Shown here: positions 18,716 through 29,019 of the stretch, piece by piece
How the letters are laid out: each line of letters starts with the position of its first letter
Position numbering within the stretch: the stretch's first letter is position 1
Origin: Myxococcota bacterium
Lineage (GTDB): Bacteria > Myxococcota_C > UBA6777
Length of the DNA: 64,000 nucleotides
Direction: 5' to 3'
Assembly: GCA_023150835.1 (NCBI GenBank)
Contig: JAKLKB010000024.1
Location: 4,534-68,533 of the forward strand
Position numbers and translations under genes: made by a program
Notes under the pieces: model-generated
What the model saw: only the letters and a program-made list of their open reading frames with translations
Databases searched by the model: none
Told to the model about the DNA's origin: nothing

Positions 18716-19537
18716 TTATGGGGTGGGTTTGTTGGGAGTTGTGGGGGGGGGCTGCGTGGGGTTGCGTTCGGGGTTGATCTTGGGGAAGAGTTCTTCGGCG
18801 TTGGGTGGGCTGCCGAGCAGGAAGCGTCCTAAGTCGGCGATGGTGTTGTAGTGTTGGCTCCAAAGCGTAAAGCTGCGCCACCAAAGATCGCGGGGGCTAT
18901 TTTGGGCGGGGGCTTTGCCGTCGTCGGAGAGCAAGACGATCAATTCGTGGGCTTCTTGTTGTGCTTTTTTGATCTGGGCTTCTTGGAGATAGGGGATCGC
19001 GAAGGCTTGTGTGGGGTATTGGAGGAAGAGATCGCCCCACCACAGGACGTCTTCGGCATCGTCGCGAGAGCCTGTGCCTTTGGTGATCTTCTCGATCTGT
19101 TTTTGGAAGGCGTCACGTTGTTCTTGGGAGAAGATGGTTTCGTCGAAGAAGAGTGCTTGTGCCCAGCGGGTGAAGCGGCGGTCGTGAGATCGGACGATCT
19201 GGCTGAGTTCTTGGCGTCGTGCGAGCTGCTTGGGGGTCCAAGGCTTTTCTTGATCGAGATCGGCTTTGTAGTACACAAAGGTACATTCAGGAAGCTGATT
19301 CCATGCGCGCTCGTATTCTTGGAGGGTGTCGCCGTGGAAGCGGCGTTTGGCTTCGGCTTGGAGGGGATGGAAGTTTTGCAGCGTTTGCCGAGTGAGAGCG
19401 AGCGCACGGGTTCGTGAAACGCGAGGCCGCAAACGTTCTTTTTCTTGGATCTGGGCGAGTTTTGCTTGGTAGCGAGAGGACAGTTCAGAGAGGGTTTCGT
19501 CGTTGGGAAGGGGCAAGAATTCGTCTTGCAAAGTCAT
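18716..19537 (-). CDS. Hypothetical protein
   Basis: Long ORF; probable start at MTLQDEF (19537); the upstream part of the ORF translates REP sequence. Confidence 0.4.
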   Translation of the reverse strand: MTLQDEFLPLPNDETLSELSSRYQAKLAQIQEKERLRPRVSRTRALALTRQTLQNFHPLQAEAKRRFHGDTLQEYERAWNQLPECTFVYYKADLDQEKPWTPKQLARRQELSQIVRSHDRRFTRWAQALFFDETIFSQEQRDAFQKQIEKITKGTGSRDDAEDVLWWGDLFLQYPTQAFAIPYLQEAQIKKAQQEAHELIVLLSDDGKAPAQNSPRDLWWRSFTLWSQHYNTIADLGRFLLGSPPNAEELFPKINPERNPTQPPPTTPNKPTP

Positions 19538-19627
19538 CGATCCGACTCCTTTCGTGGTTTGGGTTTGTTTGACAAGGACGGCAACCATTAAGACGAAATC
19601 TTTGGTTGAAGTCAATCCCATAGGTAA

Positions 19628-19770
19628 TAGGGCAGCCACAGGGGGCTGCCCCTACATCTTTACGCAGACGCCCTGTAATAGGGCAGCCACAGGGGGCTGC
19701 CCCTACATCTTTACGCAGACGCCCTGTAATAGGGCAGCCACAGGGGGCTGCCCCTACATCTTTACGCAGA
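19628..19770. repeat. REP-like family A, three tandem 57-bp units (inverted relative to 9427-9575)
   Basis: Reverse complement of the 9427 unit. Confidence 0.85.
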
Positions 19771-20009
19771 CAACGGGCGGATCTCGTATGAGGCTCCCTT
19801 TTGTGCTTTGCGAAGTGTGAGACTCCCTTCTGTCGTTTTCCGTGTTTTCCGTGTTTTTCGTGGACTTGTCTTGTGGGGAGGAGAGGGATGGGGCTAAGAT
19901 AGGGACACACCTTGCCGAAGTGAGGTTGTTGTTGAGGTCGTCTGTGTCGTCGAACAGGACAGGCCCGTTGACGGAAAGCCTGTTCTCCATCCCAACCGAT
20001 TGAGGCGTT

Positions 20010-23000
20010 ATGTACAACCATCTTCCAATCTACCAAGCCCCGTATCCGAAAGATATCTTGCGTTCGCCTGATCCGCATGTGTTTTTTGCTTCGTTTGATT
20101 TCTTGCTTGAAAGCGACCCGAGCTTTGGCGGTTTGGGGGCATCGTTGACGATGCTTCACGCGATGATGACGAGGCCCCAGTATCTCGTTTTAGTCAAAAA
20201 GCTCCCGCTGGCATCGCAGGATCCGAAAGCTTTTTTGGCGTATGTTGTTTGTGTGCTGTACGACGCCGAGAGGGTGGAGGCGTTGCCATCGGAGGTTGCA
20301 GAAGGCTTCGCCCGATTTCTTTCCAAAGCGGAGGGGGGCGCGCTTGAGCGGGCAGCGGAACGCTTGGCGCGTTATTTGTTGATCTTTGGGCCTCAACAAC
20401 TGGTGTCGGGCCATTCGGCCTTTTCGCAGCGTTTGGGGCTGTTGCGCGAAGCGTTGTTGGTATGGATCGGGACTTTTCCTGTGGAACACCCGCCAGACGA
20501 TCAAGCGATCCGGGATCAGTTGTGGGCGATCGTGCCGCATTATTTTCCTGAGCATTTTCCGCATCTCTTCCCAAAAAACGAGCGTGTCGAGGATACGGAT
20601 TCGTGGAAAGATACGTTGGTGACGGGGGTGGATCTGCGGGGCAGACTTTCGACCTCTGTTGAACCGCCAGCCTCCTTTGAACCCCTTGAACGGCCAGCCC
20701 CGCTTGATCCGCTTGATCCGCTTGCATGGAGAGGGGAGCGATGGGAGCGTTTGAGCGCAGCGGAAGACGATTTGGATACAACGATCACGACGGGAGGATG
20801 GACCGTTGGGGAGGCATCCGACGAAGGAGCCATGTTTGGGGAGAGTCCTGACGAAGACAAGCCGAGCGGTGCGGTGCTTCCTGTGTTGTCCCGTTCGCCT
20901 GTCGTGAAGCCCGAAGCCGAAATACGCGAGGCGGGCTACGGTTTGCGCCGAGGTCAGCCGTTGGTGGAGGAACGCCCAGCGGATGCACAAAAATCCGAAG
21001 ATTGGGGAGAGGACAGCGATGATCTCCGTGTGGATGAGCTTGTTGAGTACGACGAGGAAGAAGCGGAGGAGACCTCAGAGGCCGTTCCTGCCGATGAAGT
21101 GATTCTTACGGGTCTGCCGAAACCTGCCCCGCGCCCTGCCGACGATATCCTGAGCCGCTCGATGCCTTCTGGTGCGAAACCCAAGCCCGCTCCGCCGCCT
21201 TCGTATGAAGTGGGACGTTTGAGTTTGGAATCCAAGCCCGTTCCCCCCTCTGTTGTCGAGAAGCCGCCGTTGCCCGAAGAACCTCCGTCGATGCAGCCGT
21301 TTGATTACACCAGTACGACGCGAGCGGGGGTGCTTCCTCCGACGACCTTCCCCATCCCACCCGGTGCGCCGCCGCTTCCACCGCAAACTTCGGCAGCGCC
21401 GCTTCCACCGCAAACTTCGGCAGCGCCGCCTCCCCCCCCGAAAACCTCGCAGTTGCCCCCTGCTCCGCAGAAACCCTCGGCAGCGCCGGCAGCACGTGGA
21501 GGAGTCGCACCTGTCCCGATGCGTTTCGAGCGTGACGAACACACCGTGCTATCAAGCACAGGTCAATTCGATGCTTTTCAAGGCACACCAGTGGAGGATC
21601 GTTCGACGACAACGAAGACGGAAACCGCGAAGGCCCCGCCGCTTCCCTCTGGGGGAGCGCCCGCTGCTCCGTTCGGTGGACTTCCTGCCAGCACACCACC
21701 GCTTGAACCTTCGGGATATGCGGCCCCGATGCCTCCCACCTCCCGCTCTTCGGGATATGCGGCTCCGATGCCTCCCCCTCCGCCACCTCCTCCGATCTCT
21801 TCGGCAGATGCGGCTCCGCCCGCTGTGTCTGCACCTGCTGGACCACCTGCCTTTCGTGGACCCGCAGCACCCGCGCCTGCGCCCGCAGCACTCGCGCCTG
21901 CGCCCGCAGCACCCGCGCCTGCGCCCGCAGCACCCGCACCTGCGCCCGCAGCACCCGCACCCGCACCTGCGCCTGCGTCCGATGCACCTGCCTCTGTCGC
22001 AGCGCCTGCACCCGCAGCACCTGCGAGACGGAGTGGTGGGGCGGCTCCGTCGTTGGGCAAAGGGGCGTCTTCTTTGGGTCCACAAAGCGGAGAAGTCGCA
22101 CCAGAACTGGACGATTCGAGGGACTTGGGCGGAATATCCGATCGTGAACGCAACCGCGCTCCGATGAGAGCAGCGGCGAAGCGCAGCGACGAAGCTCGCG
22201 GTGAGGCCTCGTCCAAAGATGGAGCAAAGCGTAGCGACGAAGCTTTGTTGAAAGACGCGCTGTCGACGGAGGAGGGTGCGGGAACGGGCTTTGAAGAAAA
22301 AGCGAAAAAGAAAAGAAAGGCCGCAGACAAGTACTCCGAAGAGATGGAGAAAGAGCAAGCCGAGGCACCTCGCCCCGTAGAAGAGGGCGGCGAACAAGAG
22401 ATCACGCGCAGCCAACAAGAGCTTCGCCTTGAAGAACAAAAGGCGACACTCAGCGAGCAAGACGGCCAACAAAAGCTGATCCGCAGAGAACGAGAGATCG
22501 AGCGAGCGCCCGCCAAAGAAGCCAAAGCGGAATTCGCGCAGCTTCCCGATGAAGAAGTCGCTTCTTCCGTTCTCGAAGAAGATGCTCCGTCGATGAAAGC
22601 GGATCTGGCGCAGTTTTCCGATGGAGAAGCGGCCTCTCCCGTTCTCGAAGAAGCGAGAGAGCCGAGGGCGCCCGACAAAAAATCTCTTTCGGGTGCTGCG
22701 GGTGGAGACGCCGATCTTGGCCCATCTGCGGAAGTTTCTGAACCATCGCCGATGCGTTCGTCCTTGCCGATGCCGCCAGCCCCGTCGATGCCGCCAGCCG
22801 AGATACCTCCGATCGCGTTGGGAAAAGCTCCCTATCCCCAACAAGCTCCGATCGAGGCTCCTGCGCGTTCCAAGTCAGCGTTTTCTGCGTTGGGTCGGAT
22901 CATCTCGACGATCTTGATGTTCCCATTGATCGTGTTGGCTGCGCCGTTTGCGGCGTTGTACTGGGTGGGAAAGCAGATCAAACGTGGCGTGGGATGGATG

Positions 23001-24215
23001 TTTTCACGCAGTCGGGCAGCGTTGGAGAAGAAAGCCCAAGAAAAGGGCGTCAAACTGTACGAGTTGTTTTTGAGTGAAGAAGCCACAAAGCCCGGGCCGA
23101 TCGAACGAACCATCGCACAATCGAAAGTGCTATTGCGTGTGGTCTCGGCGTTTTTTGGGTTGTGGACGGTGGCGCTGTTGTGCTTTGTGGATGCGGTGTT
23201 GTCGGTGTTTACGCAATATGCGCACAAGCTGTTGGGTTATTGGAAGACGTTGAAATCCAAAGGCAAGACCTTTTTGCGCAAACGCAATCGCACGCTGCAT
23301 CAAGGAATGGCCGAAGATCTGATGAAGTTGCGTTTGCAGCTTTCGCAGCTACTGCTGATGCCGGGGTTTTCGCCGCAAGAATGTGCGGCGTCGATCTCGA
23401 AAGAAGAACTCAAAGCGTTGGTGCTTTCGCCAACATTTCCGTTGCATCAAGTCCTTGAAGCGCGATGCCGCCTCGATGAAGTGAAGACCGATATCGGAGG
23501 GCTTTCGAGCTTTCATCTCCAGACATTTCTGAAAAAAGCGGTAAAAGGTGGGATCTTGCAGGTTGGCGAAAAGATCCTTGATCTGTTTAAGCACATCGTC
23601 CCCAATCCTTTTTTGTTTGTGCGTGGGTGGAAGGATCTGTATCTGATGTGGCGTTATATGCGCTATTCTCGGCGCGAGTTGCTTGAGATGTATGCGCGTC
23701 TTGTGGATGACTTTCAGACCTTGCTTGCGATGTCGCTTGAATCCGCCAACGCCAAAGACGCCGAAAAGGATGTCGCCCCCGAAACCATCGAACCTGTCTT
23801 GATGGCGCTGTTTCCGTATGAAGAAGCGTTGTTTGAGCGGCTGGGTTTGCAGAGAAACAGCTTGTTGCAAAAAAGCGAGATGAACCAGCGTCTTGCTGTC
23901 GAAGCGACACAGCGGGATATGCAGCGGTTGTTGCAGGTGATGTGTCTTGCAGGGCGCTTTTTGTTGCCGCAGCGTTGGTCGCGGGCTGAACTGCTGCTCG
24001 AATACCAAGCGATGTCCGCCAACAACCGTTTTTCGCCGCAAGTTGCCCTCGAAGTCGAGGCTTGGCTCGATCAAGAAGTCAAGCAGATCATCGACTCCAC
24101 CAAGATCCTCGCCCCCCATGAAGAATTCGAAGCACAGCTCCAAGAAGAGGCCCTCCGAAAGTCTCGACAACGCGCCCTGCGTAAGATCGTCAAACAACGT
24201 GGCTTTTGGGTCTGA
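20010..24215 (+). CDS. Giant (1401 aa) hypothetical membrane protein: N-terminal globular region, long Pro/Ala-rich and charged low-complexity middle, two TM helices, ~400-aa C-terminal domain
   Basis: Single uninterrupted ORF; PAPAPAA 18-bp DNA repeats at 21890-21990; hydrophobic segments near residues 960-1060. Confidence 0.6.
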   Translation: MYNHLPIYQAPYPKDILRSPDPHVFFASFDFLLESDPSFGGLGASLTMLHAMMTRPQYLVLVKKLPLASQDPKAFLAYVVCVLYDAERVEALPSEVAEGFARFLSKAEGGALERAAERLARYLLIFGPQQLVSGHSAFSQRLGLLREALLVWIGTFPVEHPPDDQAIRDQLWAIVPHYFPEHFPHLFPKNERVEDTDSWKDTLVTGVDLRGRLSTSVEPPASFEPLERPAPLDPLDPLAWRGERWERLSAAEDDLDTTITTGGWTVGEASDEGAMFGESPDEDKPSGAVLPVLSRSPVVKPEAEIREAGYGLRRGQPLVEERPADAQKSEDWGEDSDDLRVDELVEYDEEEAEETSEAVPADEVILTGLPKPAPRPADDILSRSMPSGAKPKPAPPPSYEVGRLSLESKPVPPSVVEKPPLPEEPPSMQPFDYTSTTRAGVLPPTTFPIPPGAPPLPPQTSAAPLPPQTSAAPPPPPKTSQLPPAPQKPSAAPAARGGVAPVPMRFERDEHTVLSSTGQFDAFQGTPVEDRSTTTKTETAKAPPLPSGGAPAAPFGGLPASTPPLEPSGYAAPMPPTSRSSGYAAPMPPPPPPPPISSADAAPPAVSAPAGPPAFRGPAAPAPAPAALAPAPAAPAPAPAAPAPAPAAPAPAPAPASDAPASVAAPAPAAPARRSGGAAPSLGKGASSLGPQSGEVAPELDDSRDLGGISDRERNRAPMRAAAKRSDEARGEASSKDGAKRSDEALLKDALSTEEGAGTGFEEKAKKKRKAADKYSEEMEKEQAEAPRPVEEGGEQEITRSQQELRLEEQKATLSEQDGQQKLIRREREIERAPAKEAKAEFAQLPDEEVASSVLEEDAPSMKADLAQFSDGEAASPVLEEAREPRAPDKKSLSGAAGGDADLGPSAEVSEPSPMRSSLPMPPAPSMPPAEIPPIALGKAPYPQQAPIEAPARSKSAFSALGRIISTILMFPLIVLAAPFAALYWVGKQIKRGVGWMFSRSRAALEKKAQEKGVKLYELFLSEEATKPGPIERTIAQSKVLLRVVSAFFGLWTVALLCFVDAVLSVFTQYAHKLLGYWKTLKSKGKTFLRKRNRTLHQGMAEDLMKLRLQLSQLLLMPGFSPQECAASISKEELKALVLSPTFPLHQVLEARCRLDEVKTDIGGLSSFHLQTFLKKAVKGGILQVGEKILDLFKHIVPNPFLFVRGWKDLYLMWRYMRYSRRELLEMYARLVDDFQTLLAMSLESANAKDAEKDVAPETIEPVLMALFPYEEALFERLGLQRNSLLQKSEMNQRLAVEATQRDMQRLLQVMCLAGRFLLPQRWSRAELLLEYQAMSANNRFSPQVALEVEAWLDQEVKQIIDSTKILAPHEEFEAQLQEEALRKSRQRALRKIVKQRGFWV

Positions 24216-24228
24216 TTCTGCTTAGGGG

Positions 24229-24306
24229 TTATACGAGATCCGCCCGCTGCGTGATCGTAAAAAAGTAGGGGCAGCCCCCTGTGGCTGCCCAAGCACAGGG
24301 CGTCTT
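24229..24306. repeat. REP-like family A single copy with its conserved 5' flank (TACGAGATCCGCC...GTGATCGTAAA)
   Basis: Matches 51032-51112. Confidence 0.75.
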
Positions 24307-24328
24307 CGCGCTCTCCTTCGATCACAGA

Positions 24329-24877
24329 TCACTTGGATATCGTATTATCGTCGGAGGGTGGGGGATTGCGGGGGAGGATTTGGTAGCCACAGCCTTTGAG
24401 AAGGTGGGGGCGGCTGGTGAATTCGATGCGGGGCCATTGGCGGCAGATGGCGGGCCGAAGGGGATATTGCCCGCAGCGTCCGTCTTTTTGGAGGTATCGG
24501 CAACTCATGACTTTGACGACTTCGCCGTTGGGGCCTTCGGCATCGAAGCCGCGAGAATAAAAGCCGTGTATATCTGTATGCCACCACAGCCAGAACGCCC
24601 GAAACCAAGGCCATTTGTCCAAGATCGGAGGCCATTGCATCAGGATGTAGTGGCAGCAATGACCGCGTTGTTTGCAGCCGCCTGTGATCTTGTAAGGGGG
24701 AGGGGAGAGGGTTTGGATGATTTTTTGGACGACCAGATCGAGCAGCATAAAAGGCAGGACAAGGGCTTTGAGAGCGAAGCGAAGGGGCGCGGGGGTGCGT
24801 TGTGGGGGGATGCCTTCGGGTGGAGGGCCGGGCTGTTGAGAGGATTCGGTGCGCCAGTGATGCGAACGGGCAGGCAT
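24329..24877 (-). CDS. YkgJ-family (CxxCxxCC) putative Fe-S/zinc cluster protein
   Basis: GGCKQRGHCC ... DGRCGQYPLRPAICRQWP. Confidence 0.5.
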   Translation of the reverse strand: MPARSHHWRTESSQQPGPPPEGIPPQRTPAPLRFALKALVLPFMLLDLVVQKIIQTLSPPPYKITGGCKQRGHCCHYILMQWPPILDKWPWFRAFWLWWHTDIHGFYSRGFDAEGPNGEVVKVMSCRYLQKDGRCGQYPLRPAICRQWPRIEFTSRPHLLKGCGYQILPRNPPPSDDNTISK

Positions 24878-25119
24878 GGGGGTTCCTTTACAGGGGCGGT
24901 TGGTGGGGCAGAAGATCGCTCATCGATCTTTTAATTTTTCAAAATGGAGCAAGCATAGCAAAAAGGCGTCTGTGTCGGGTTGGCTTGTGAAAGAGTGCGT
25001 AGTAAGCTGCCGATACAGCGCGACGAAGGCTTGCTTGTTTGGGGCGTCTGGGTTCGTTTTGTGCGAGTCTTTTGGCTTGTGAAAGAAGATCTTCTGCGTA
25101 CCCCACTTGATGCGCTCCT

Positions 25120-25425
25120 TTAGGATACAACGAGGCGTTCGAGGTGTGCTTGTTCTTGGAGTTCGGCTTCCGTTTTGAAGTGGATATAGGGCCACGCATC
25201 CAAAAAGAAGGGCTGCCATATTTCTTCGATCTTTTGCCGTAGGGTTGTGCGTGTTTGCTTGGATTGTGCGTTGGTGGTGGCTTTGAGGACGATCCAAAGC
25301 CACAACGCATGGTCGCCTGTCGAGTCAAGCGCGTATTCGTACTGGATTTCTTTGACTGCGTTGGTAGGCATCGCTTGTTGGATCTCTTTGAGCGCTTTCT
25401 CTAAGGAATTTTTTTGTTTTGGCAT
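25120..25425 (-). CDS. Small hypothetical protein (101 aa), co-directional with and downstream of gspN
   Basis: ORF only. Confidence 0.3.
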   Translation of the reverse strand: MPKQKNSLEKALKEIQQAMPTNAVKEIQYEYALDSTGDHALWLWIVLKATTNAQSKQTRTTLRQKIEEIWQPFFLDAWPYIHFKTEAELQEQAHLERLVVS

Positions 25426-25533
25426 GAAAACCTCTCTGTTAACTAGTATTTACTCCGATCTCGGTCCGAGAAGACATGGGTTCGAGCAAGTTAGAGCAGC
25501 GGGTGCGTTTTGTCACGGTGGCTTGGGGGCCGT

Positions 25534-26556
25534 TTAGCGGGGAGTGAAGCGAGGTTGGCCGTAGAAAGGGAAGTAGACGTTGTAAGTAATGTATCCATCG
25601 GGCTTGGGGGTGGGTAAGGCCCCGAGTCCGACTTTGAGGAGAGAGTCGGGTTTGAGGGAGTTGATGAAGTCTTTTTCGATCTTGAAGCGGATATCGCCGC
25701 GAAAGATGCTGTAGCGGAAGTTGGGGTTGAGTTGGATCTTGCCTGTCACTTGGAGGTCGATATCGCCGCCAAATGCGCGAACATTGGAGAGATCGGCGAT
25801 AGCTTTTTCCATTTTGATCTCGATATTGAGGGTGCCGAGGTTGAGGCGTGGGACGGGGAGTTCACCCATCTGGCCGGCGGGGAAGTAGCCCGGGCCGATC
25901 GAGAAGTTGCGGATCGTGAGTTTGATCTTGCCGGTGCTACGGTTGAGATCGATGGCGTTGGGAGGTGGGCGAAAGGTGGGGCGTTTGTTTTTGCCTTGTG
26001 GAGCGGGGGCGTTGGTGGGAGGGAGTAGATCGAGGTTGATATCGCCGCGAACGGCACCGAATACAGGGGCAAAAAGGATCTCAAGCAGCGGCTTGGCGTC
26101 GGGGTTTTTGAGCATCTTTCCGCTGGTGGGGCCGAGAAGGGCGAGTTGTAAGCCGTCGAGGTTGGCTTGGACGGAGATCTCGTTTTTTCGGGAGCGAGAG
26201 AACGAGCCGTTGAGTTCGCCGCTGGCGATCTCGGCAAAGAAGGAAGCCGAGAGACTGCCCCAGAGTAAGGGGAAGATGGAGAGTCGAGCGCGGACTTGCG
26301 GGATCTGAACTTCGGCGATGCCCTTGGGGACGAGACGTTGGAGGTTGAGGTCTTGGATGTGTACGCCCGTGAGGTAATAGGGGCGAAGGTCGTTCATTTG
26401 GATGCGGGTTTGGGTGGCGCGTTGGACGGGAACGGAAAAAGCGTCAAAAAGCCGTCTGTAGGGGAAAGTTTGGTAGAGGAAGAACAGAAAGGAAAAGAAA
26501 GCGAGGGCAGCATAAGCTGTCCAACGGAGGAGCTTTTGGAGACGTTCTCTTTGCAT
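25534..26556 (-). CDS. gspN: Type II secretion system protein N-like
   Basis: Position after gspM; N-terminal TM helix; beta-rich periplasmic body. Confidence 0.45.
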   Translation of the reverse strand: MQRERLQKLLRWTAYAALAFFSFLFFLYQTFPYRRLFDAFSVPVQRATQTRIQMNDLRPYYLTGVHIQDLNLQRLVPKGIAEVQIPQVRARLSIFPLLWGSLSASFFAEIASGELNGSFSRSRKNEISVQANLDGLQLALLGPTSGKMLKNPDAKPLLEILFAPVFGAVRGDINLDLLPPTNAPAPQGKNKRPTFRPPPNAIDLNRSTGKIKLTIRNFSIGPGYFPAGQMGELPVPRLNLGTLNIEIKMEKAIADLSNVRAFGGDIDLQVTGKIQLNPNFRYSIFRGDIRFKIEKDFINSLKPDSLLKVGLGALPTPKPDGYITYNVYFPFYGQPRFTPR

Positions 26557-26563
26557 GACGGCC

Positions 26564-27139
26564 TCAGTTTTGGGCGAGATCGTAAGTGGAGACAGTGGCG
26601 TTAAAGTCGGGCTTTGCGGGTTCAGAGAAGTTGGGACTCATGCGAAGCTCGCGGACTTTGACGATCTGGCCGGAGTTTTCGATGCCATCGAGAAAGCGAG
26701 CCAGAGCGCCCAGATCGGCAGCGGTGATACTGATACGGACGGAGCGTTCGCGTAGGCGAGAGGCGTTGGGGGCGGCGGAAGGTGCATCGGAGACGGGATT
26801 CATGGAGGAGATATTGATGCTGTGTTTTTGGCTGAGTTGATCGAGAAAGGTGATGAGGTTGAGGCGTCCGGCTTGTTTGATGCGCTGTTCGAGGCGTTCG
26901 ACTTTGCGTTTGGCGACTTCAAAGCGGCTTTGGAGTTGGGCGATCTGAGCCAGTTGTTTGACGAGTTCTTGGTTGCTGCTTTCGCGGCTTTTGAAGCTAC
27001 CGCCGATCACAAGGTCGCCGATGTAAAGGAGCAAGAGCAGGCCGACGACACCGATGATCAGGGCCAAGACACGATCACGCGGAGATTGTTGTTCGAGATA
27101 AGCGGTGACTTGATCAACCTTTTCTTCAAAGAAAGCCAT
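26564..27139 (-). CDS. gspM: Type II secretion system protein M-like
   Basis: Single TM helix plus coiled-coil; position in the operon. Confidence 0.5.
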   Translation of the reverse strand: MAFFEEKVDQVTAYLEQQSPRDRVLALIIGVVGLLLLLYIGDLVIGGSFKSRESSNQELVKQLAQIAQLQSRFEVAKRKVERLEQRIKQAGRLNLITFLDQLSQKHSINISSMNPVSDAPSAAPNASRLRERSVRISITAADLGALARFLDGIENSGQIVKVRELRMSPNFSEPAKPDFNATVSTYDLAQN

Positions 27140-27224
27140 AATGCTTGCATTCCTTGTGGTATAGGGCAGTTTGCAGGTGTCTCAGCAGTCAAGGGGGCTG
27201 CATTGTTCGGTCGAGGTTGTGGGG

Positions 27225-27345
27225 CTTTGCCCAACGCCCCGCGCCCTTAGCGCGGCTGCCTTGACCCCGTATTGGCGCGGTGTTCCTTGGTTTTTCAATC
27301 GAACAGCCTTGCCGCTTGAAGTGGCGCGAACACGGGGGGTTTTGT
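27225..27345. repeat. Family B ~130-bp element inside the T2SS operon, in the gspL-gspM intergenic gap
   Basis: Consensus match. Confidence 0.6.
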
Positions 27346-27360
27346 CCACAGCCCATTGTT

Positions 27361-28989
27361 TCAGCAGTCAAGGGGGCTGCGCAGGCGGAATTCGTATTTG
27401 TTTTGTTTGCCAGCGGCGCGTTGGACGACACCTTCGGGCATCTTGGCGAAACATTTGTATTCTTTGAGATTTTGTTGGATCTGTGAAGCCGCAGCATACG
27501 AATCGGTTTCGCCTTCAAGCTCGAAGTTTCGGGCGTTGATGTTGAGGCGTGTGATCTCGATCTTGAGCTTTTTGTCTTTGGCGAGGCGAGAGACGCGGTC
27601 GTAGATCTCGAGGAACATATCATAAGCGCTAATGGTAGGGATGACGGCTTGTTCGCCGGTGCCTTTGGCTTTTTGGATCTCTTCGAGCATGATGTTGATG
27701 CAGCGGGTGGGATCGGAGATGGGCTGTCCAAGGATCTGCTGACAGCGGCGTTCGACTTCACGTTGGAGTTGTGTGTTTTCTTTGGAGAGTGCGTAAAAGC
27801 CGGTAAAGACGGAGGTCATCAGCAAGACCAACAAGATGGCGGAGCCGATCACAAGGCTAGGGATGCGATCTTTGAGGAATTGGAGATCGCCTTTGTAGGC
27901 GAATTCACGTGTGCGGAAGTTGATCTGGGCAAATCGAGAGCGAGAAAGGCCGCGAAGGGCGAGAGCAAGGGCTTTATGGAGTGGGGCGTCTTGTTGGGGC
28001 CAAGCCAAGCCTTCGGCGGTGGGGATGTGTTTGGGTTGGAGCGGTAAGACGCGGAGATTGAGGCGCTGGGCGAGAAATGTAGCGATGCCTCGGAGCATGG
28101 CTCCGCCGCCTGTGATGTAGAGGGTTTGGAGTTGCTGGCTTGCGCGGCGTTGGAGGGCCGCAAAGGAGCGGCGAAGTTCGGTGAGGATGGGAGTAAAAGC
28201 GCGTTGGACGGATTGGGTTTCGGGGGAGTCGATAGCGCCGGGTGGAGCGGCGAGATCGATCTGATTCCATAGCGTCTCGTGGGCTTGGTGTGGATGGATC
28301 TGGTGGGTGGTGATGAGGGCTTGGCGAAGTTGGCGGGTGCCGCGTTGGATCGAGCGGACAAGCTCGGCGCGAACGGGTTCTTTGGGATCTTGGGGGTAGC
28401 GGCGGAACAGGGTGAGTGTGGTGTGTCGGAAACCAAGGTCGAGGACACCCCATGTTTCTTCGTCAGGTCCGGGTTCACAATCGGGAAAGAGATGGGTGTA
28501 AGGCAGTCCGTCAAGCATCAAGACGCGGGGATCGACAGCGGCTTCTTGGAGGCTGCGGAGGTAGGAGCCGACTTCTTCGATGGGGGCGTTGCCGACGAGT
28601 ACACGGGAGCCTTCTTTGGTGGATTCGATGAATTGGTAGTCATAGATCAGGTCTTCGATCTCGAAGGGCGACATCTCATCGAGTTGGAAGCTGAGGACTT
28701 GCTCGATCTTTGCGGTGTCAGAAAAGGGCAGATCGATCACGGCGCTTGCGCCGATGGATCCCGGGAGAGAGGTGATGATCTGTTCGACAGGTCCGATGGT
28801 TTGGAGCGTTTGTGCGATCGCTTGTTTGCGAGCGTTTTGGATGGATTCGGCCTCGGTTTCGGGGCCGTCGTCGAGGGGTATCGCTTCGAGGTGGTAGGCT
28901 TCGACGTTGTATTGACGGCCCGTCTGTTGAAGAACCACAGCTTTGATGGAAGCCTTACCGATATCGAGTCCGAGGATGCGTTGGGCCAT
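27361..28989 (-). CDS. gspL: Type II secretion system protein L (actin-like cytoplasmic domain plus TM)
   Basis: MAQRILGLDIGKASIKAVVL PilM/GspL-type N-terminus; internal TM helix. Confidence 0.6.
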   Translation of the reverse strand: MAQRILGLDIGKASIKAVVLQQTGRQYNVEAYHLEAIPLDDGPETEAESIQNARKQAIAQTLQTIGPVEQIITSLPGSIGASAVIDLPFSDTAKIEQVLSFQLDEMSPFEIEDLIYDYQFIESTKEGSRVLVGNAPIEEVGSYLRSLQEAAVDPRVLMLDGLPYTHLFPDCEPGPDEETWGVLDLGFRHTTLTLFRRYPQDPKEPVRAELVRSIQRGTRQLRQALITTHQIHPHQAHETLWNQIDLAAPPGAIDSPETQSVQRAFTPILTELRRSFAALQRRASQQLQTLYITGGGAMLRGIATFLAQRLNLRVLPLQPKHIPTAEGLAWPQQDAPLHKALALALRGLSRSRFAQINFRTREFAYKGDLQFLKDRIPSLVIGSAILLVLLMTSVFTGFYALSKENTQLQREVERRCQQILGQPISDPTRCINIMLEEIQKAKGTGEQAVIPTISAYDMFLEIYDRVSRLAKDKKLKIEITRLNINARNFELEGETDSYAAASQIQQNLKEYKCFAKMPEGVVQRAAGKQNKYEFRLRSPLDC

Positions 28990-29019
28990 AGGAGATTCCT
29001 TACAAGCGAGAGCATGGGG

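Noticed and set aside
21106-22844. Three long minus-strand ORFs (420, 430 and 366 aa) inside the giant gene
   Set aside because: Arg/Gly/Cys-rich translations of GC-rich low-complexity DNA antisense to the 1401-aa ORF; no motifs; typical shadow ORFs.
24281-24934. 217-aa plus-strand ORF
   Set aside because: Gly/Ala-rich antisense to the YkgJ-family gene, which has a clear CxxCxxCC signature.
25440-25530. tRNA-like GGGTTCGAGC motif and palindrome CCGATCTCGG between the small gene and gspN
   Set aside because: No acceptor or anticodon stem complementarity could be built, so it is more likely a short hairpin or terminator remnant. No tRNA, rRNA, tmRNA or RNase P gene could be supported anywhere in the window.
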